Positions 30,781 through 42,380 of a stretch of 64,000 nucleotides of DNA are shown piece by piece (position 1 is the stretch's first letter; every line of letters begins with the position of its first letter). The DNA is taken from positions 3,072,001 through 3,136,000 of the forward strand of contig OZ219747.1 of the NCBI GenBank assembly GCA_964291265.2. Direction: 5' to 3'. A program made the translations under genes and the position numbers. Source of the stretch: Alphaproteobacteria bacterium. Its GTDB lineage: Bacteria > Pseudomonadota > Alphaproteobacteria > SP197. The notes below the pieces were generated by a model. That model was not told the origin of the DNA. It saw only the letters and a list, made by a program, of their open reading frames with translations, and made no database searches.

Positions 30781-31659
30781 GTGAGCGTCAACGAGGCAAG
30801 GCGCCCGGCCATGGTGGCGGGCGTGCTCCTGGTCGCCGCCGGAGCCGTCTGCTACGGACTGCTGCCGCGGCCCCTGGAGATCCTGAGGGACGAGGGAGTT
30901 GGCTCGACCTCATCACTCCTGGTCCGATTCGGGGTTTCCATCGCGGCCCTTGCCGCCATCGTTGCCTGGCGACGATGCTCCGGCGGTTCCCTGCGCGCGC
31001 CTTTCCTTGCCGGTCTCGGTATCGGAGCCGCCACGATCTTTCTTTTCGAGGGCTACGCACGACTGCCGGCTTCCACGGCAATTCTCGTGTTCTACACCTA
31101 CCCGGCCTTCACGTTCGTCCTGGCGGGTCTCCTGTTCCGGGCCGGCATGGAATGGCGCATGGTCCTGGCCATCGCCCTCGTCCTGGGCGCAGCCGCACTC
31201 ATCGTCGCACCCGGCAATCTCGAGGCCACGCCGCTTGGTGGCGTGCTGATCACCTTCGGCGCGCCCCTTGGATACGGACTCTATCTCGCCTGCCTGGGCG
31301 TGGCGGACGGCCATGTCCTGTGGCGCACGCTCGTCGTCAGCATGGCTGCGCTCATGGTCACCCTGGCCTGGCATCTGGTGTCGGATGCTTCCCTGGCCTG
31401 GCCGGTTTCGACGAAGGGCTGGATCTCGCTTGGCTGGGTCGGCCTTGGCACCGGGATCCTGGCAACCTGCCTGGTGGTGGCCGGCACCGCGATGGCCGGG
31501 AGCGGACGCTCCGCCGTTGCCGGTTCGGCCGAACTCGTCACCGTGCTCTTCACCGGCTGGCTGCTGTTCGGCGAACCCCTGCACTGGGAGGCCGTGGTCG
31601 GTGCGCTCGCGATCCTGACGGCCATTGTCGTCAGCCTGCCGCGTGCCTCCCGGCGATGA
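30781..31659 (+). CDS. DMT/EamA family transporter
   Basis: ~10 TM helices, FYTYPAF, LLFGEPL. Confidence 0.85.
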   Translation: MSVNEARRPAMVAGVLLVAAGAVCYGLLPRPLEILRDEGVGSTSSLLVRFGVSIAALAAIVAWRRCSGGSLRAPFLAGLGIGAATIFLFEGYARLPASTAILVFYTYPAFTFVLAGLLFRAGMEWRMVLAIALVLGAAALIVAPGNLEATPLGGVLITFGAPLGYGLYLACLGVADGHVLWRTLVVSMAALMVTLAWHLVSDASLAWPVSTKGWISLGWVGLGTGILATCLVVAGTAMAGSGRSAVAGSAELVTVLFTGWLLFGEPLHWEAVVGALAILTAIVVSLPRASRR

Positions 31660-32275
31660 TGGTGAAGATGCGGTTGAACATCGTCCATGTCAGGCGACCG
31701 GTGTTGGTGTTCAGTCGCGAGCAGTGGTAGCTGTCGACGAGGACGATGCCGCCCGGGAGTCCATGGACGGCGCCATGGGCAAACGGGAAGGCGGAACGCC
31801 TGGCGCCGATGGCATCGAGAATGGCCAGGTGAGCGAGGCCTCCGAGGGCGAGGATGGTATCGAGGCACGGGAGTGTCTCGATCTCCCGCGAAAGGAAGGG
31901 GTTGCAGGAACGGATTTCCGCGGCAAGCGGCCGGTTCCCGGGCGGAACACAACGCACGGCGTTGGTGATCCGGCAGTTCACCAGCTCCAGACCGTCATCC
32001 GGCCGGGCCTCATAGCTGCCCCTGGCATAGCCCGACCCGATCAGCGCCGGGTAGAGGAAGTCGCCGGCGCCGTCGCCCGTGAAGGGGCGCCCGGATGCGT
32101 TGGCGCCCCTCAGACCCGGAGCGAGTCCCACCACCAGGAGGCGGGCATCCCGGGGTCCGAATGTGGGCACGGGGGCATTGAACCAGACCGGTTCCTTCTC
32201 CCGCCAGGTATGGCGAAAGGCCATGAGACGCGGGCACAGGGGGCAGTCGGGCAGGGGCTCGCCAGCGGTCATCAT
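31631..32275 (-). CDS. uracil-DNA glycosylase (Fe-S, family 5-like)
   Basis: CPLCPRL, GLAPG, GRPFTGD, NAVRCVPP, YHCS motifs. Confidence 0.9.
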   Translation of the reverse strand: MMTAGEPLPDCPLCPRLMAFRHTWREKEPVWFNAPVPTFGPRDARLLVVGLAPGLRGANASGRPFTGDGAGDFLYPALIGSGYARGSYEARPDDGLELVNCRITNAVRCVPPGNRPLAAEIRSCNPFLSREIETLPCLDTILALGGLAHLAILDAIGARRSAFPFAHGAVHGLPGGIVLVDSYHCSRLNTNTGRLTWTMFNRIFTIIAGRHAAG

Positions 32276-32355
32276 GGCGCCTTGTCCTTGTCTGTGACGG
32301 CACCTCGAACCCTTCGTCCGGAGCGAAGGCTTGCAGGTGCCCCATCGCTCTCTAT

Positions 32356-32916
32356 ATGAAGTTTCCGCAGATGTCGGCAACCCTCTCCCGCCTCCAGGGC
32401 GGCATATACATGGCGCTGGGCGCCAACCTCGCTTCGGTGATCGGGCCACCGCGGCGCACGCTCGAGGAGGCGCTGGCGCGGGTCCGCCGCGCCGGTGTGG
32501 ACGTGCTCGGCGTATCGCCCTGGTACGAAACGCGGCCCATGGATGACCGAGACCAGCCCCGGTATGTCAACGGGGTTGCAGAGCTTGCCACGGAGCACGG
32601 TCCGGAGGCCCTGCTCGAACTCCTTCACGACATCGAGGAGGGGCTCGGCCGCCAGCGTCGTCGGCGCTGGGAATCCCGCACGGTGGATCTCGACCTCATC
32701 GACTACCGGGGCCTCGAGAGAGCGGACCGGCCTCCCCTTCTGCCGCATCCAGGCGCCGCCGAGAGGCTCTTCGTGCTGCTGCCGCTCCATGACGTGGCGC
32801 CTCGGTGGAGACATCCGGTGACCGGGCAGCCGATCGATTGCCTCATCCGGGGGCTCCCCAGGCAGGCCGGCGACATCGAGCCTCTTGTCCCCGACTCTCG
32901 GAAGGGCTTGTCATGA
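32356..32916 (+). CDS. folK: 2-amino-4-hydroxy-6-hydroxymethyldihydropteridine diphosphokinase
   Basis: ALGANL, YET.P, RTVDLDLI, LPHP motifs; start uncertain. Confidence 0.9.
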   Translation: MKFPQMSATLSRLQGGIYMALGANLASVIGPPRRTLEEALARVRRAGVDVLGVSPWYETRPMDDRDQPRYVNGVAELATEHGPEALLELLHDIEEGLGRQRRRRWESRTVDLDLIDYRGLERADRPPLLPHPGAAERLFVLLPLHDVAPRWRHPVTGQPIDCLIRGLPRQAGDIEPLVPDSRKGLS

Positions 32917-32972
32917 GGGCGCGATGCTGGCATGTTCGCAGCCCGCTCCCAGCTCCCACATCGAGGTGATGA

Positions 32973-33338
32973 ATGGCCCGATTGACCGTTGAAGACTGCA
33001 TCGAGCGCGTGAGCAACCGTTTCGAGCTGGTTCTCCTGGCCGCCCAGCGGGCCCGTGACCTGGGCAAGGGGGCGGAGCTGACTGTCGACAGGGACAACGA
33101 CAAGCATCCTGTCATCGCCCTGCGCGAGATCGCCGACGACACGATTTCGCTGGATTCGGTGCGCCGCAAGCTCGTCTACGGCAGCGAGACCGAAGAGGAC
33201 GAGAATGTCGAGAGCGCCGAGGAACTCGGCCTGGCGGCGGACAATCCACTGGACCGGGCCTTCGCCAATCTCGACCTTGACAGCGATCAGCACAACGAAG
33301 CCTGGGGCACCGGCATCGAAGACGGTTCCATCCGCTAG
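32973..33338 (+). CDS. rpoZ: RNA polymerase omega subunit
   Basis: [29 protein letters not shown]. Confidence 0.96.
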   Translation: MARLTVEDCIERVSNRFELVLLAAQRARDLGKGAELTVDRDNDKHPVIALREIADDTISLDSVRRKLVYGSETEEDENVESAEELGLAADNPLDRAFANLDLDSDQHNEAWGTGIEDGSIR

Positions 33339-33357
33339 AGGAGTGTGAGTCCGGACG

Positions 33358-35472
33358 ATGCTCCGGCAGTTCGAACTGGTCGAGCGGGTCAGGAGCTACG
33401 ACGACGGGGTCGACGAGGCGGCCCTCAACAGCGCCTACGTGTTCGCCATGGTCAAGCATGGTTCCCAGACACGCGACTCAGGCGATCCCTATTTCTCACA
33501 CCCCGTCGAGGTCGCCGGCATCCTTGCCGACATGAAGCTCGACAGCCAGTCCATCATCACGGGCCTGTTGCACGATACGATCGAGGATACCAGCACCACG
33601 CTCGAGGAAATCACCGACAGGTTCGGACCGCAGGTTGCCCAACTGGTCGACGGTGTCACCAAGCTCTCGCGCCTCGAGAGCCATGCCGAGGAAGGTCGGC
33701 GCACCATGGGCAACTACTCCAAGCTGTTCCTGGCCATGTCGGAGGACCTCCGCGTCCTCCTGGTCAAGCTGGCCGACCGGCTCCACAACATGCGCACGCT
33801 GCACCACGTGCGGCGGGTGGACAAGCGACTGCGCATTGCCCGGGAGACCATGGAGATCTATGTCCCCATGGCCGACCGGATCGGCATGCAGTGGCTCAAG
33901 GAGGAACTCGAGGATCTTGCCTTCAGCCACATCAACGCGGACGCCCGCAACTCCATCCTGGAACGCCTGCGTTTTCTGCGGCCGACCTCCAACCTTGCGC
34001 GGATCGAGCGCCATCTCGTGCGCGTGCTCGGGAAAGGCGGTCTCCAAGCCAGGGTCGACGGTCGGGAGAAGAAACCGCATGCCATCTGGCGCAAGATGCA
34101 GCGCAAGAACGTTTCTTTCGATCAGCTCTCGGATATCGTCGCATTCCGGGTGGTGGTCGCGCGGGATCCCGACTGTTATGCGGCGCTCGGTGTCATTCAT
34201 GGTGTCTGGCCGATGATTCCCGATCGCTTCAAGGACTACATCTCGACGCCGAAGCCCAATGGATACCGTTCCATCCATACGACGGTGCAGGGGCCCGAGG
34301 GCAAGCGTCTCGAGATCCAGATACGGACCCGGGACATGGATGAAGTCGCCGAGTACGGAGTCGCCGCCCACTGGAGCTACGCCGCCGGCGAGGATCGCGC
34401 CTCGGCAAGCGAGGGCAGCCAGTACCAGTGGGTGCGCCAGCTTCTGGATTCCATCAAGAGCACCTCGGATCCCGAGGAATTCATCAAGAACACCAAGCTG
34501 CAACTCTTCCAGGACAGGGTGTACTGCTTCACGCCCAAGGGCGAACTCCATGAAATGCCCCGCCATGCGACGCCTGTCGACTTTGCCTACGCCATCCACA
34601 CGAGGATCGGGGATACCTGTGTCGGCGCCAAGATCAACGGTGTACCCAAGCGACTCGACACGGTCCTGCAGAATGGTGACCAGGTCGAGATCATGCGGTC
34701 GCGCTACGCTTCACCCAATCCACTGTGGGCGCGATTCGTCGTCACCGGGCGTGCCCATTCACGGATTCGGCGTCACATCCGCATCAAGGAGCGCGGTGAG
34801 TACATCCGGCTGGGTCGGGCCATCTTGCAGCAGACATGCGCCTCGTTGCGTCGCCTGGCCGACGACGACCTTCTCGGGAAGGTCTCGGAGGCGTTGGGCA
34901 AGCGCACGACGGATGATCTCCTCGAGGCCGTAGGCCGTGGCGAGGTCACCAGCGAGAGAATTCGTCGACTCCTGACGTCGAAACGCTCGCCATCGCGCAA
35001 ACGGTTCCAGTCGTCGGGCAAGCATGCCGTCTCGATCGACGGACTGACCCCCGGAATGGCTGTGCACCATGCCGAGTGCTGCCACCCGCTTCCCGGTGAC
35101 CGCATCGTCGGCATCGTCGAGACCGGCAAGGGGGTTGCCATCCACACCATCGACTGCGACACCCTGCAGAAACACGAGAACTCGATCGAGGAATGGCTCG
35201 ATGTCTCGTGGTCTCCCGACGGCGCCGCTCCCGAACACTACGTCGGGCGCATCGCCGTTGACGTCATCAACCAGCCTGGAGCCCTTGGCGAAATCACCAC
35301 CGCGATCGGCAATCAGGACGCCAACATCACCAACCTGAAGATCAATGCGCGCACGGCCGATTTTTTCGGCATGCTCATTGACCTCGAGGTCCATGACGTC
35401 CATCACCTGACATCCATCATCGCCGCCCTGCGGTCGATCGCGATCGTCACGGACATCTCCAGGGCTCCCTGA
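33358..35472 (+). CDS. spoT: bifunctional (p)ppGpp synthetase/hydrolase (RSH)
   Basis: HD hydrolase LLHDTIED, KDYI..PKPNGYRSIHT, TGS and ACT domains. Confidence 0.94.
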   Translation: MLRQFELVERVRSYDDGVDEAALNSAYVFAMVKHGSQTRDSGDPYFSHPVEVAGILADMKLDSQSIITGLLHDTIEDTSTTLEEITDRFGPQVAQLVDGVTKLSRLESHAEEGRRTMGNYSKLFLAMSEDLRVLLVKLADRLHNMRTLHHVRRVDKRLRIARETMEIYVPMADRIGMQWLKEELEDLAFSHINADARNSILERLRFLRPTSNLARIERHLVRVLGKGGLQARVDGREKKPHAIWRKMQRKNVSFDQLSDIVAFRVVVARDPDCYAALGVIHGVWPMIPDRFKDYISTPKPNGYRSIHTTVQGPEGKRLEIQIRTRDMDEVAEYGVAAHWSYAAGEDRASASEGSQYQWVRQLLDSIKSTSDPEEFIKNTKLQLFQDRVYCFTPKGELHEMPRHATPVDFAYAIHTRIGDTCVGAKINGVPKRLDTVLQNGDQVEIMRSRYASPNPLWARFVVTGRAHSRIRRHIRIKERGEYIRLGRAILQQTCASLRRLADDDLLGKVSEALGKRTTDDLLEAVGRGEVTSERIRRLLTSKRSPSRKRFQSSGKHAVSIDGLTPGMAVHHAECCHPLPGDRIVGIVETGKGVAIHTIDCDTLQKHENSIEEWLDVSWSPDGAAPEHYVGRIAVDVINQPGALGEITTAIGNQDANITNLKINARTADFFGMLIDLEVHDVHHLTSIIAALRSIAIVTDISRAP

Positions 35473-35557
35473 GCGAACCAAGGGTTGAAGGATCATTGCG
35501 ACAGTCATCACCACTGCGCGCAGCCGCGCCACGGACAACCATCGTCATCTCCCGAGG

Positions 35558-36496
35558 GTGCGACCGGTGAAGGCGGCGCTTCGGGCCGTCATGACCCGGC
35601 TGACAGGGGGCCGCCCCGGGGGAGGAGCCTCGTCGGTCCTGCGGATGGTCATGGCCGTGCCGCTGCTTCCGTTCAGCCTGATCGGCCTTCTGCTGAGGCC
35701 GCTGGAGTGGCTCCTCAAGGTGGTGTTCAGTCCTCTGGAACGCCTGCTTCCCGCCGGCCTGAGGGGTGACGAGGGGATGGTCGGCACCGTCAAGACCATG
35801 GTCTATGCGGTCATCATTGCCCTCGCCGTGCGCACGCTGGCCTACGAGCCCTTCAACATTCCCTCGGGTTCCATGAAACCCACCCTGCTGGTTGGGGATT
35901 ACCTGTTTGTCTCGAAGTTCTCCTACGGCTACAGCGACTATTCCCTGGGATTCGGCACCGACCTCGGACTGCTTGACGGACGCCTGTTCGAAGGCGAACC
36001 GCAACGCGGGGACGTCATCGTGTTCCGCCAGCCGACGGACACCTCGGTGGACTTCATCAAGCGGCTGGTGGGTCTCCCCGGCGACCGTATTCGCATGATC
36101 GACGGTGTCCTCCACGTCAACGGCATGGCAGTCATCCTGGAAGAGGATTCCGTCTTCGAGGACCGCTCGTGTTCGTCGTCAAGGCCCATCGAACGCCAGA
36201 CCGAGACCTTGCCGAACGGAGCGCGTCACAGTGTTCTCAACATCACGGACAGTGGACGGCTCGACAACACGCCCGAGTACGTGGTGCCGCAGGACCACTA
36301 CTTCATGATGGGAGACAACCGAGACAGTTCGAACGACAGCAGGGTCACGCATCTCGTCGGATTCGTGCCAAGGGAGAATCTCATTGGCCGCGCCGAGTTT
36401 CTCTTCTTCTCCACGGACGGCTGCGGCTCGCTCATCAATCCCCTGTCGTGGCCGACATCGATTCGCTGGGAACGCCTGTTCCGGTCGCTCTCATGA
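35558..36496 (+). CDS. lepB: signal peptidase I
   Basis: IPSGSMKPTL, FIKRLVG.PGD, GDNRDSSNDSR; start uncertain. Confidence 0.93.
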   Translation: MRPVKAALRAVMTRLTGGRPGGGASSVLRMVMAVPLLPFSLIGLLLRPLEWLLKVVFSPLERLLPAGLRGDEGMVGTVKTMVYAVIIALAVRTLAYEPFNIPSGSMKPTLLVGDYLFVSKFSYGYSDYSLGFGTDLGLLDGRLFEGEPQRGDVIVFRQPTDTSVDFIKRLVGLPGDRIRMIDGVLHVNGMAVILEEDSVFEDRSCSSSRPIERQTETLPNGARHSVLNITDSGRLDNTPEYVVPQDHYFMMGDNRDSSNDSRVTHLVGFVPRENLIGRAEFLFFSTDGCGSLINPLSWPTSIRWERLFRSLS

Positions 36497-37170
36497 GCGC
36501 GGGGTCCGGCGAACTCGAGACCATCCTCGGGCATGCCTTCACCGACGGGAGTCTCCTCGGACGGGCCGTGACCCACCGCAGTGCCGCGTGCGCGGCCGAC
36601 GGCCACGGCTATCAGCGCCTCGAGTTTCTGGGTGACCATATCCTGGGCGCCATCATCGCCACCATGGTTTTCCACGACCGCGCGGAAGCGTCCGAGGGGG
36701 AGCTGACGAGGCGCTACGCGAAACTGGTTGCCAACCAGACCCTCGGCGACATCGCACTGGAGCTGGGGATTGACCGCTTCGTCGTGATGGGCCCGCACGA
36801 GAGAAAGGGCGGCATGCGGCGCAACGCCTCGATTCTTGCGGACGTCATCGAGGCCTTGATCGGCGCCCTCTACCTCGATGCCGGCTATGCCGTCGCCGAG
36901 ACCTTCGTGCGCCGCTGCTGGCAGACACGCCTGCGTCTGGAAGGCGGCAGCGGTCGCGACGACAAGACCCGTCTCCAGGAATGGGCGCTGAAACAGGGTC
37001 TTGCGCTCCCCGAATACCGGGTGGTCGACAAGACCGGGCCGGACCACGCACCGCTCATCACCGTGGAAGTGCGCATCGAGGGTCTTGCCGGCGTCAAGGC
37101 GAGCGGGCGCACCAGGCGGGCTGCGGAACAGCTGGCTGCCGCTGCGGTTCTCGTGGACGCGGCGCAGTGA
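36493..37170 (+). CDS. rnc: ribonuclease III
   Basis: QRLEFLGD, ADVIEALIGA, dsRBD KTRLQE; ATGA overlap. Confidence 0.95.
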   Translation: MSAGSGELETILGHAFTDGSLLGRAVTHRSAACAADGHGYQRLEFLGDHILGAIIATMVFHDRAEASEGELTRRYAKLVANQTLGDIALELGIDRFVVMGPHERKGGMRRNASILADVIEALIGALYLDAGYAVAETFVRRCWQTRLRLEGGSGRDDKTRLQEWALKQGLALPEYRVVDKTGPDHAPLITVEVRIEGLAGVKASGRTRRAAEQLAAAAVLVDAAQ

Positions 37171-38063
37171 CAGGGGAACGGTGCGGCCATGCGGTCATCC
37201 TCGGGGCACCGAACGCCGGAAAGTCGACCCTCGTCAACACGCTGGTGGGGGCCAAGGTCTCGATCGTCACCCACAAGGTGCAGACCACCCGAGGGCGCGT
37301 CACCGGCATCTGCAATGTCGGGCGGACGCAGATCGTGCTTGTCGACACGCCAGGCATCTTCCAGCCCGGGAAACGCCTGGAGCGCGCCCTGGTCAAGACG
37401 GCGTGGAGCGGCGCCGCGGATGCCGATGCCACACTGCTTGTGATCGATGCGCAGCGCGGCCTCGACGCCGCCGCGACATCCATTCTCTCCCGCCTGACCC
37501 GGCACAGGCGTGTGCTGTGCGCCATCAACAAGATCGACCTGGTGCCGCGCGACGCGCTCCTGCCTCTTGCCGGGCGCATCGCAAGGCATGAGGTGGTCGA
37601 GGAGATCTTCTATGTTTCGGCCCTCAGCGGTGACGGTGTCAACGACGTTGTCGATGCCCTTGCCGAAAGGCTGCCGGTCCAGCCGTGGCTGTTTCCAGAG
37701 GGCCATTCGAGCGACCAGCCGCCAGCCCGCCTTGCCGCCGAGATCACGCGCGAGAAGCTGTTTGTCAGGGTCCACCAGGAGCTTCCCTACGAACTCTCCG
37801 TGGAGACCGAGCTGTGGACCGACATTCCCGAGGAGGATGCCGTCAGGATCGACCAGGCGATCTACGTGGCGCGGCGCGGCCACAAGCCCATCATCCTGGG
37901 CCGCAACGGCCGCACCGTCCGCGAGGTCGGCAAGGCGGCGCGACGGGAACTCGAGACGCTGCTGGACTGCCGGGTGCATCTCTTTCTCCACGTCAAGGTG
38001 CGGACCGGCTGGCTCGACGATCCTGCGCGATACCGGGAGATCGGCCTCGAGTTCCCGGGTTGA
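37167..38063 (+). CDS. era: GTPase Era
   Basis: GAPNAGKST, QTTR, DTPG, NKID, QELPY. Confidence 0.95.
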   Translation: MTGERCGHAVILGAPNAGKSTLVNTLVGAKVSIVTHKVQTTRGRVTGICNVGRTQIVLVDTPGIFQPGKRLERALVKTAWSGAADADATLLVIDAQRGLDAAATSILSRLTRHRRVLCAINKIDLVPRDALLPLAGRIARHEVVEEIFYVSALSGDGVNDVVDALAERLPVQPWLFPEGHSSDQPPARLAAEITREKLFVRVHQELPYELSVETELWTDIPEEDAVRIDQAIYVARRGHKPIILGRNGRTVREVGKAARRELETLLDCRVHLFLHVKVRTGWLDDPARYREIGLEFPG

Positions 38064-38068
38064 CGGCG

Positions 38069-38821
38069 ATGGAATGGCACGACCGCGCCATCGTCCTCGG
38101 GGTGCGCCCGCACGGCGAGACCTCCGTGGTCGCCACATTGCTGACGGCCAGCCACGGGCGCCATGCAGGTTTCGTGAAGGGAGGTCGCGGCCGCCGTCAT
38201 GCCGGGGTGCTGCAGACCGGCAACATCGTTGCTGCGCGCTGGCGCGCCCGCCTGGTCGACCAACTCGGGACCCTTGTCATCGAGCCCGAGGAAGCCGTGG
38301 CGTCAACCCTGCTGGAAGATCCCTTGCGCCTTGCCTGCCTTGCCAGCGCCTGCGCGCTTGCCGAAAGGACACTCGCCGAACGCCTCCCCTGCGAGGCGCT
38401 GTTCACGGCCACGGAGGTGCTGGCGCGGCAATTGCGACGGAACGCCAGTCACTGGGACGCCGCCTATGTCAGGTGGGAGATCGGGCTGCTCGATGTCCTG
38501 GGGTACGGACTTGATCTCGAGAGCTGTGCGCTGACCGGGGCCACCGAGGAGCTCGTCTGGGTGTCGCCGCGCAGCGGTCGCGCGGTCTCGGCGGCAGCGG
38601 GAGAGCCGTGGAGGGACAAGCTGCTCGATCTTCCGGGATTTCTGGTCGGTGCGCCGGGATCCCGGCCGGTCGACATTCTCGCCGGCCTCAGATTGACCGG
38701 GCACTTCTTCGAGCGCCATGTCCTGGCCGGGGAAAGAACCGGCCTGCCTCCGGCACGACAACGTCTTGTGGAACTCCTCCCTGGACACTCCACCACATGT
38801 AGTGGCACCATGACGTCATGA
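38069..38821 (+). CDS. recO: DNA repair protein RecO
   Basis: [23 protein letters not shown]; follows era. Confidence 0.93.
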   Translation: MEWHDRAIVLGVRPHGETSVVATLLTASHGRHAGFVKGGRGRRHAGVLQTGNIVAARWRARLVDQLGTLVIEPEEAVASTLLEDPLRLACLASACALAERTLAERLPCEALFTATEVLARQLRRNASHWDAAYVRWEIGLLDVLGYGLDLESCALTGATEELVWVSPRSGRAVSAAAGEPWRDKLLDLPGFLVGAPGSRPVDILAGLRLTGHFFERHVLAGERTGLPPARQRLVELLPGHSTTCSGTMTS

Positions 38822-41040
38822 CCGAGAGGGAACATGGTGGCGCCATCGAGGTCGTCGGTCTGGCCGATGCGCTCACGGAACGCTATCTCGCCTACGCCAT
38901 GTCGACCATCACGTCGCGCTCGCTGCCTGACGTCAGGGATGGCCTCAAACCCGTCCATCGGCGGATTCTCTATGCCATGCGTCAGCTCCGCCTCGACCCG
39001 GCCGAGGGATTCAAGAAGTCGGCGCGCGTGGTGGGCGATGTCATCGGCAAGTACCATCCCCACGGCGACCAGGCCATCTACGAGGCGCTCGTGCGCCTCG
39101 CCCAGGATTTCGCGGCGCGCTATCCGCTCATCGACGGTCAGGGCAACTTCGGCAATGTCGATGGCGACAATGCCGCCGCGATGCGCTACACCGAGGCACG
39201 CCTGACCGATGTGGCGGTGGCCCTGCTCGAAGGCCTCGACGACGATGTCGTCGACTTTCGCGAAACCTACGACGGTTCGGATTCGGAACCGGTGGTTCTG
39301 CCATCGCGTTTCCCCAATCTTCTGGCCAACGGCGCCAGCGGCATCGCCGTGGGCATGGCGACGAGCATTCCGCCCCACAACGTCGCCGAGCTGTGTGCGG
39401 CGCTGATCCACCTCGTCGAGACTCCCGAGGCCTCCGTTTCGGACCTCGTGACGATGGTGAAGGGACCGGACTTTCCCACCGGCGGCCAGATCGTGGACGA
39501 CCCCGACATGATCCGCGAGGCCTATGAAACGGGCCGGGGATCGTTTCGCATCAGGGCGCGCTGGTCGATCGAGAAGCAGGCCCGGGGCACCTGGCGAATC
39601 GTCGTGACCGAGATGCCGTTCCAGGTTCAGAAGTCGCGTCTGGTCGAACGCATCGCCGAACTCGTCGAGGCCCGCAAGCTGCCCTTGCTGGAGAGCGTGA
39701 GCGACGAATCGACCGAAGATGTCCGCCTCGTCCTGCAACCCAGGAACCGTTCCGTGGATCCTGTCATCCTGATGGAGTCCCTGTTCCGCGTCACGGACCT
39801 GGAGTCGCGCTTCGCGCTCAACATGAACGTGCTCGACGCCTCCGGCATCCCCGGGGTCATGGACCTCAAGCGCGTGCTGACCGCCTTCATCGCTCACCGG
39901 CGTACGGTTCTGGTGCGCCGGTCACGCAACCGTCTCGCCGCCATCGCGCGCCGTCTGGAGATCCTCGAGGGGCACCGCATCGTCTTTCTCAATCTCGACG
40001 ACGTGATTCGCATCATTCGCGACGAGGACGATCCGGCCGCCGCGCTGGCCCGGCGTTTCGCTCTCACCGAGGTCCAGACCGAGGCCATACTCAACATGCG
40101 CCTGCGCTCCCTGCGCCGTCTCGAGGAGATGAGAATCGCCAGGGAGAGAAAGGAACTGAAGGCGGAAGGGGACGATCTTCGACACCTGCTGGATTCGGAA
40201 GACAGGAAGAAGGAGGCGTTGAGGGCCGAGTTCACCGACATCGCCCGCCAGTTCGGGGAGGAGAGCGGGATGGGCAGGCGGCGCACCGACCTTGGCAGCC
40301 CGCCACCGGTCGAGGACATTCCGGTTGATGCCACGGTGCACCGGGAGGCCGTCACGGTGGTCCTCTCCGACAGGGGCTGGATCCGCGCTGCCAGGGGCCA
40401 TGGCGATCAGGTGGGCGATCTGCGCTTCAAGGAAGGCGACCGCGAGAGGCTGCGTCTCGAGGCATGGACGACGGACAGGCTTCTCATCCTTGCCACCGAC
40501 GGCAAGTTCTTCACCCTTGCCTGCGAGAGGTTGCCTGCAGCGAGGGGTTTCGGCGACCCGCTGCGACTCATGCTCGACATGGGCAACGATGTCGACGTGG
40601 CCGCCATGACGGTGTTTCGGGGTGGCCGCAGGTTCCTCGTGGCGTCTTCCGGCGGCAAGGGGTTCGTGGTCGGCGAGGATCTCGTGGAGTCCCGCAAGAA
40701 GGGAGGCAAGCAGGTGCTGTCGCCCGCCGTCGGCGACGAGGCGATGGTGCTGAAGGTCGTCGAGGGCGACCACGTGGCAGTCGTCGGCGAGAACGGCAGG
40801 TTGCTCGTGTTCCCGCTCCGCGACGTGCCGGAGCAGGCGAGGGGTGCGGGCGTCATCCTGCAGCGCTACCGGGCGGGGGGCCTCTCGGATGCGACGGTCT
40901 TCGCGCTCGAGGAAGGTCTGTCCTGGCAATCAGGCACCCGCACCCGCACGCAGCATGATCTTGCGCGATGGCTCGGCAAGCGCGGTCAGGCAGGCCAGCC
41001 CGCTCCCGCCGGCTTTTCGCGGACCAACCGGTTCAGTTGA
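38818..41040 (+). CDS. parC: DNA topoisomerase IV subunit A
   Basis: [27 protein letters not shown]; no GyrA box, 740 aa. Confidence 0.93.
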   Translation: MTEREHGGAIEVVGLADALTERYLAYAMSTITSRSLPDVRDGLKPVHRRILYAMRQLRLDPAEGFKKSARVVGDVIGKYHPHGDQAIYEALVRLAQDFAARYPLIDGQGNFGNVDGDNAAAMRYTEARLTDVAVALLEGLDDDVVDFRETYDGSDSEPVVLPSRFPNLLANGASGIAVGMATSIPPHNVAELCAALIHLVETPEASVSDLVTMVKGPDFPTGGQIVDDPDMIREAYETGRGSFRIRARWSIEKQARGTWRIVVTEMPFQVQKSRLVERIAELVEARKLPLLESVSDESTEDVRLVLQPRNRSVDPVILMESLFRVTDLESRFALNMNVLDASGIPGVMDLKRVLTAFIAHRRTVLVRRSRNRLAAIARRLEILEGHRIVFLNLDDVIRIIRDEDDPAAALARRFALTEVQTEAILNMRLRSLRRLEEMRIARERKELKAEGDDLRHLLDSEDRKKEALRAEFTDIARQFGEESGMGRRRTDLGSPPPVEDIPVDATVHREAVTVVLSDRGWIRAARGHGDQVGDLRFKEGDRERLRLEAWTTDRLLILATDGKFFTLACERLPAARGFGDPLRLMLDMGNDVDVAAMTVFRGGRRFLVASSGGKGFVVGEDLVESRKKGGKQVLSPAVGDEAMVLKVVEGDHVAVVGENGRLLVFPLRDVPEQARGAGVILQRYRAGGLSDATVFALEEGLSWQSGTRTRTQHDLARWLGKRGQAGQPAPAGFSRTNRFS

Positions 41041-41098
41041 CGCCGGGTGGCCGGGCCGGAATACTCGAAGGACGGAACCTCATCCCCGCTGAGAAGAA

Positions 41099-41686
41099 AT
41101 GCCACGGCGCCATCACCATCCCCCCTCCGCCATGGCCCTGCGCGTCGCCGCTCTCGAGCAGCTGCTGACGGACAAGGGTTACTGTGATCCCGACACGATC
41201 GATCGACTCGTGGAGCTCTACGAGACCAGGGTCGGGCCGCACCATGGCGCCAGGGTGGTGGCGCATGCGTGGAGTGACGCCGCCTTCCACGAACGCCTCC
41301 TCGCGAACGCCTCGCACGCCATGGCGGGGCTCGGCATATCGGGCATGCAGGGCGAGAACATGGTGGTCGTGGAAAACACGTCCCATGTCCACAACGTGGT
41401 CGTCTGTACCCTGTGTTCGTGCTATCCGTGGCCCGTCCTCGGCCTGCCGCCGCGCTGGTACAAGAGCGAGCCCTACCGGGCGCGCGTCGTGCGTGAGCCA
41501 CGGGCCGTGCTGACCGAGATGGGGTGTGACGTGGCGGACGACGTGGAGGTCCGCGTCTGGGACTCGAGTGCGGACCTGCGCTACATGGTCCTGCCGCAGC
41601 GTCCTCCAGGCAGCGACGATCTCACCCGCGAGGAGCTTGCCGGTCTCGTGACGCGCGATGGCATGATCGGCGTGGCCAGAGTATGA
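41099..41686 (+). CDS. nthA: nitrile hydratase alpha subunit (cobalt-type)
   Basis: metal motif VCTLCSCY; WYKS..YRAR. Confidence 0.93.
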   Translation: MPRRHHHPPSAMALRVAALEQLLTDKGYCDPDTIDRLVELYETRVGPHHGARVVAHAWSDAAFHERLLANASHAMAGLGISGMQGENMVVVENTSHVHNVVVCTLCSCYPWPVLGLPPRWYKSEPYRARVVREPRAVLTEMGCDVADDVEVRVWDSSADLRYMVLPQRPPGSDDLTREELAGLVTRDGMIGVARV

Positions 41687-41696
41687 CGAGAGCGCC

Positions 41697-42380
41697 ATGG
41701 ACGGCATTCACGACATGGGCGGCATGATGGGTTTCGGCGTCGTCGCGCATCAGACGGACGAGCCACTGTTCCATGACGACTGGGAGAGGGTGGCCTTCGG
41801 ACTTCTCCTTCAGGCATCGGGGAGGGTCGGCTTCTCGGATGATCACCTGCGCGCCCACATCGAGCGCATACCGCCTCTGGCCTACCTCCAGGCAAGCTAC
41901 TACGAGCGCTGGATCCGCGCGCTGGAGTCCTTTCTGGAGGAACGCGGACTCCTGTCATCGGCCGCCGTCGAGGCCTGCATGGCCGGAATGGCCGGACCGA
42001 CACGCCCCGCCGGCGGCAGGGGCGCCACTCTCGACGACATCGAGGAGGCCGTGGCAGGAGGGGCATCGACGCGGCGCGATGGCGCCGGAACGCCGGCGCG
42101 ATTCCGTTCCGGTGACCGGGTGCGGGTCCTCAACGAGCACCCGTGCCATCATACCCGTGCTCCGCGCTACACGAGGGGACGCATCGGCGAGGTCGTCCGT
42201 GATCATGGTGTCTTCGTGTATCCCGACACCCATGCCCGTGACCTCGGCGAGTGTCCGGAACACTGTTACACGGTGACGTTCGGGGCTCACGAACTGTGGG
42301 GTGCGCACACACCCCTGTCGGATGTCGTCAACGTCGACCTCTACGAGTCCTATCTCGAGGCGGTCGACCCACCCGCCTGA
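41697..42380 (+). CDS. nthB: nitrile hydratase beta subunit
   Basis: MDGIHDMGG, SYYERW, HTRAPRY, YESYL. Confidence 0.92.
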   Translation: MDGIHDMGGMMGFGVVAHQTDEPLFHDDWERVAFGLLLQASGRVGFSDDHLRAHIERIPPLAYLQASYYERWIRALESFLEERGLLSSAAVEACMAGMAGPTRPAGGRGATLDDIEEAVAGGASTRRDGAGTPARFRSGDRVRVLNEHPCHHTRAPRYTRGRIGEVVRDHGVFVYPDTHARDLGECPEHCYTVTFGAHELWGAHTPLSDVVNVDLYESYLEAVDPPA

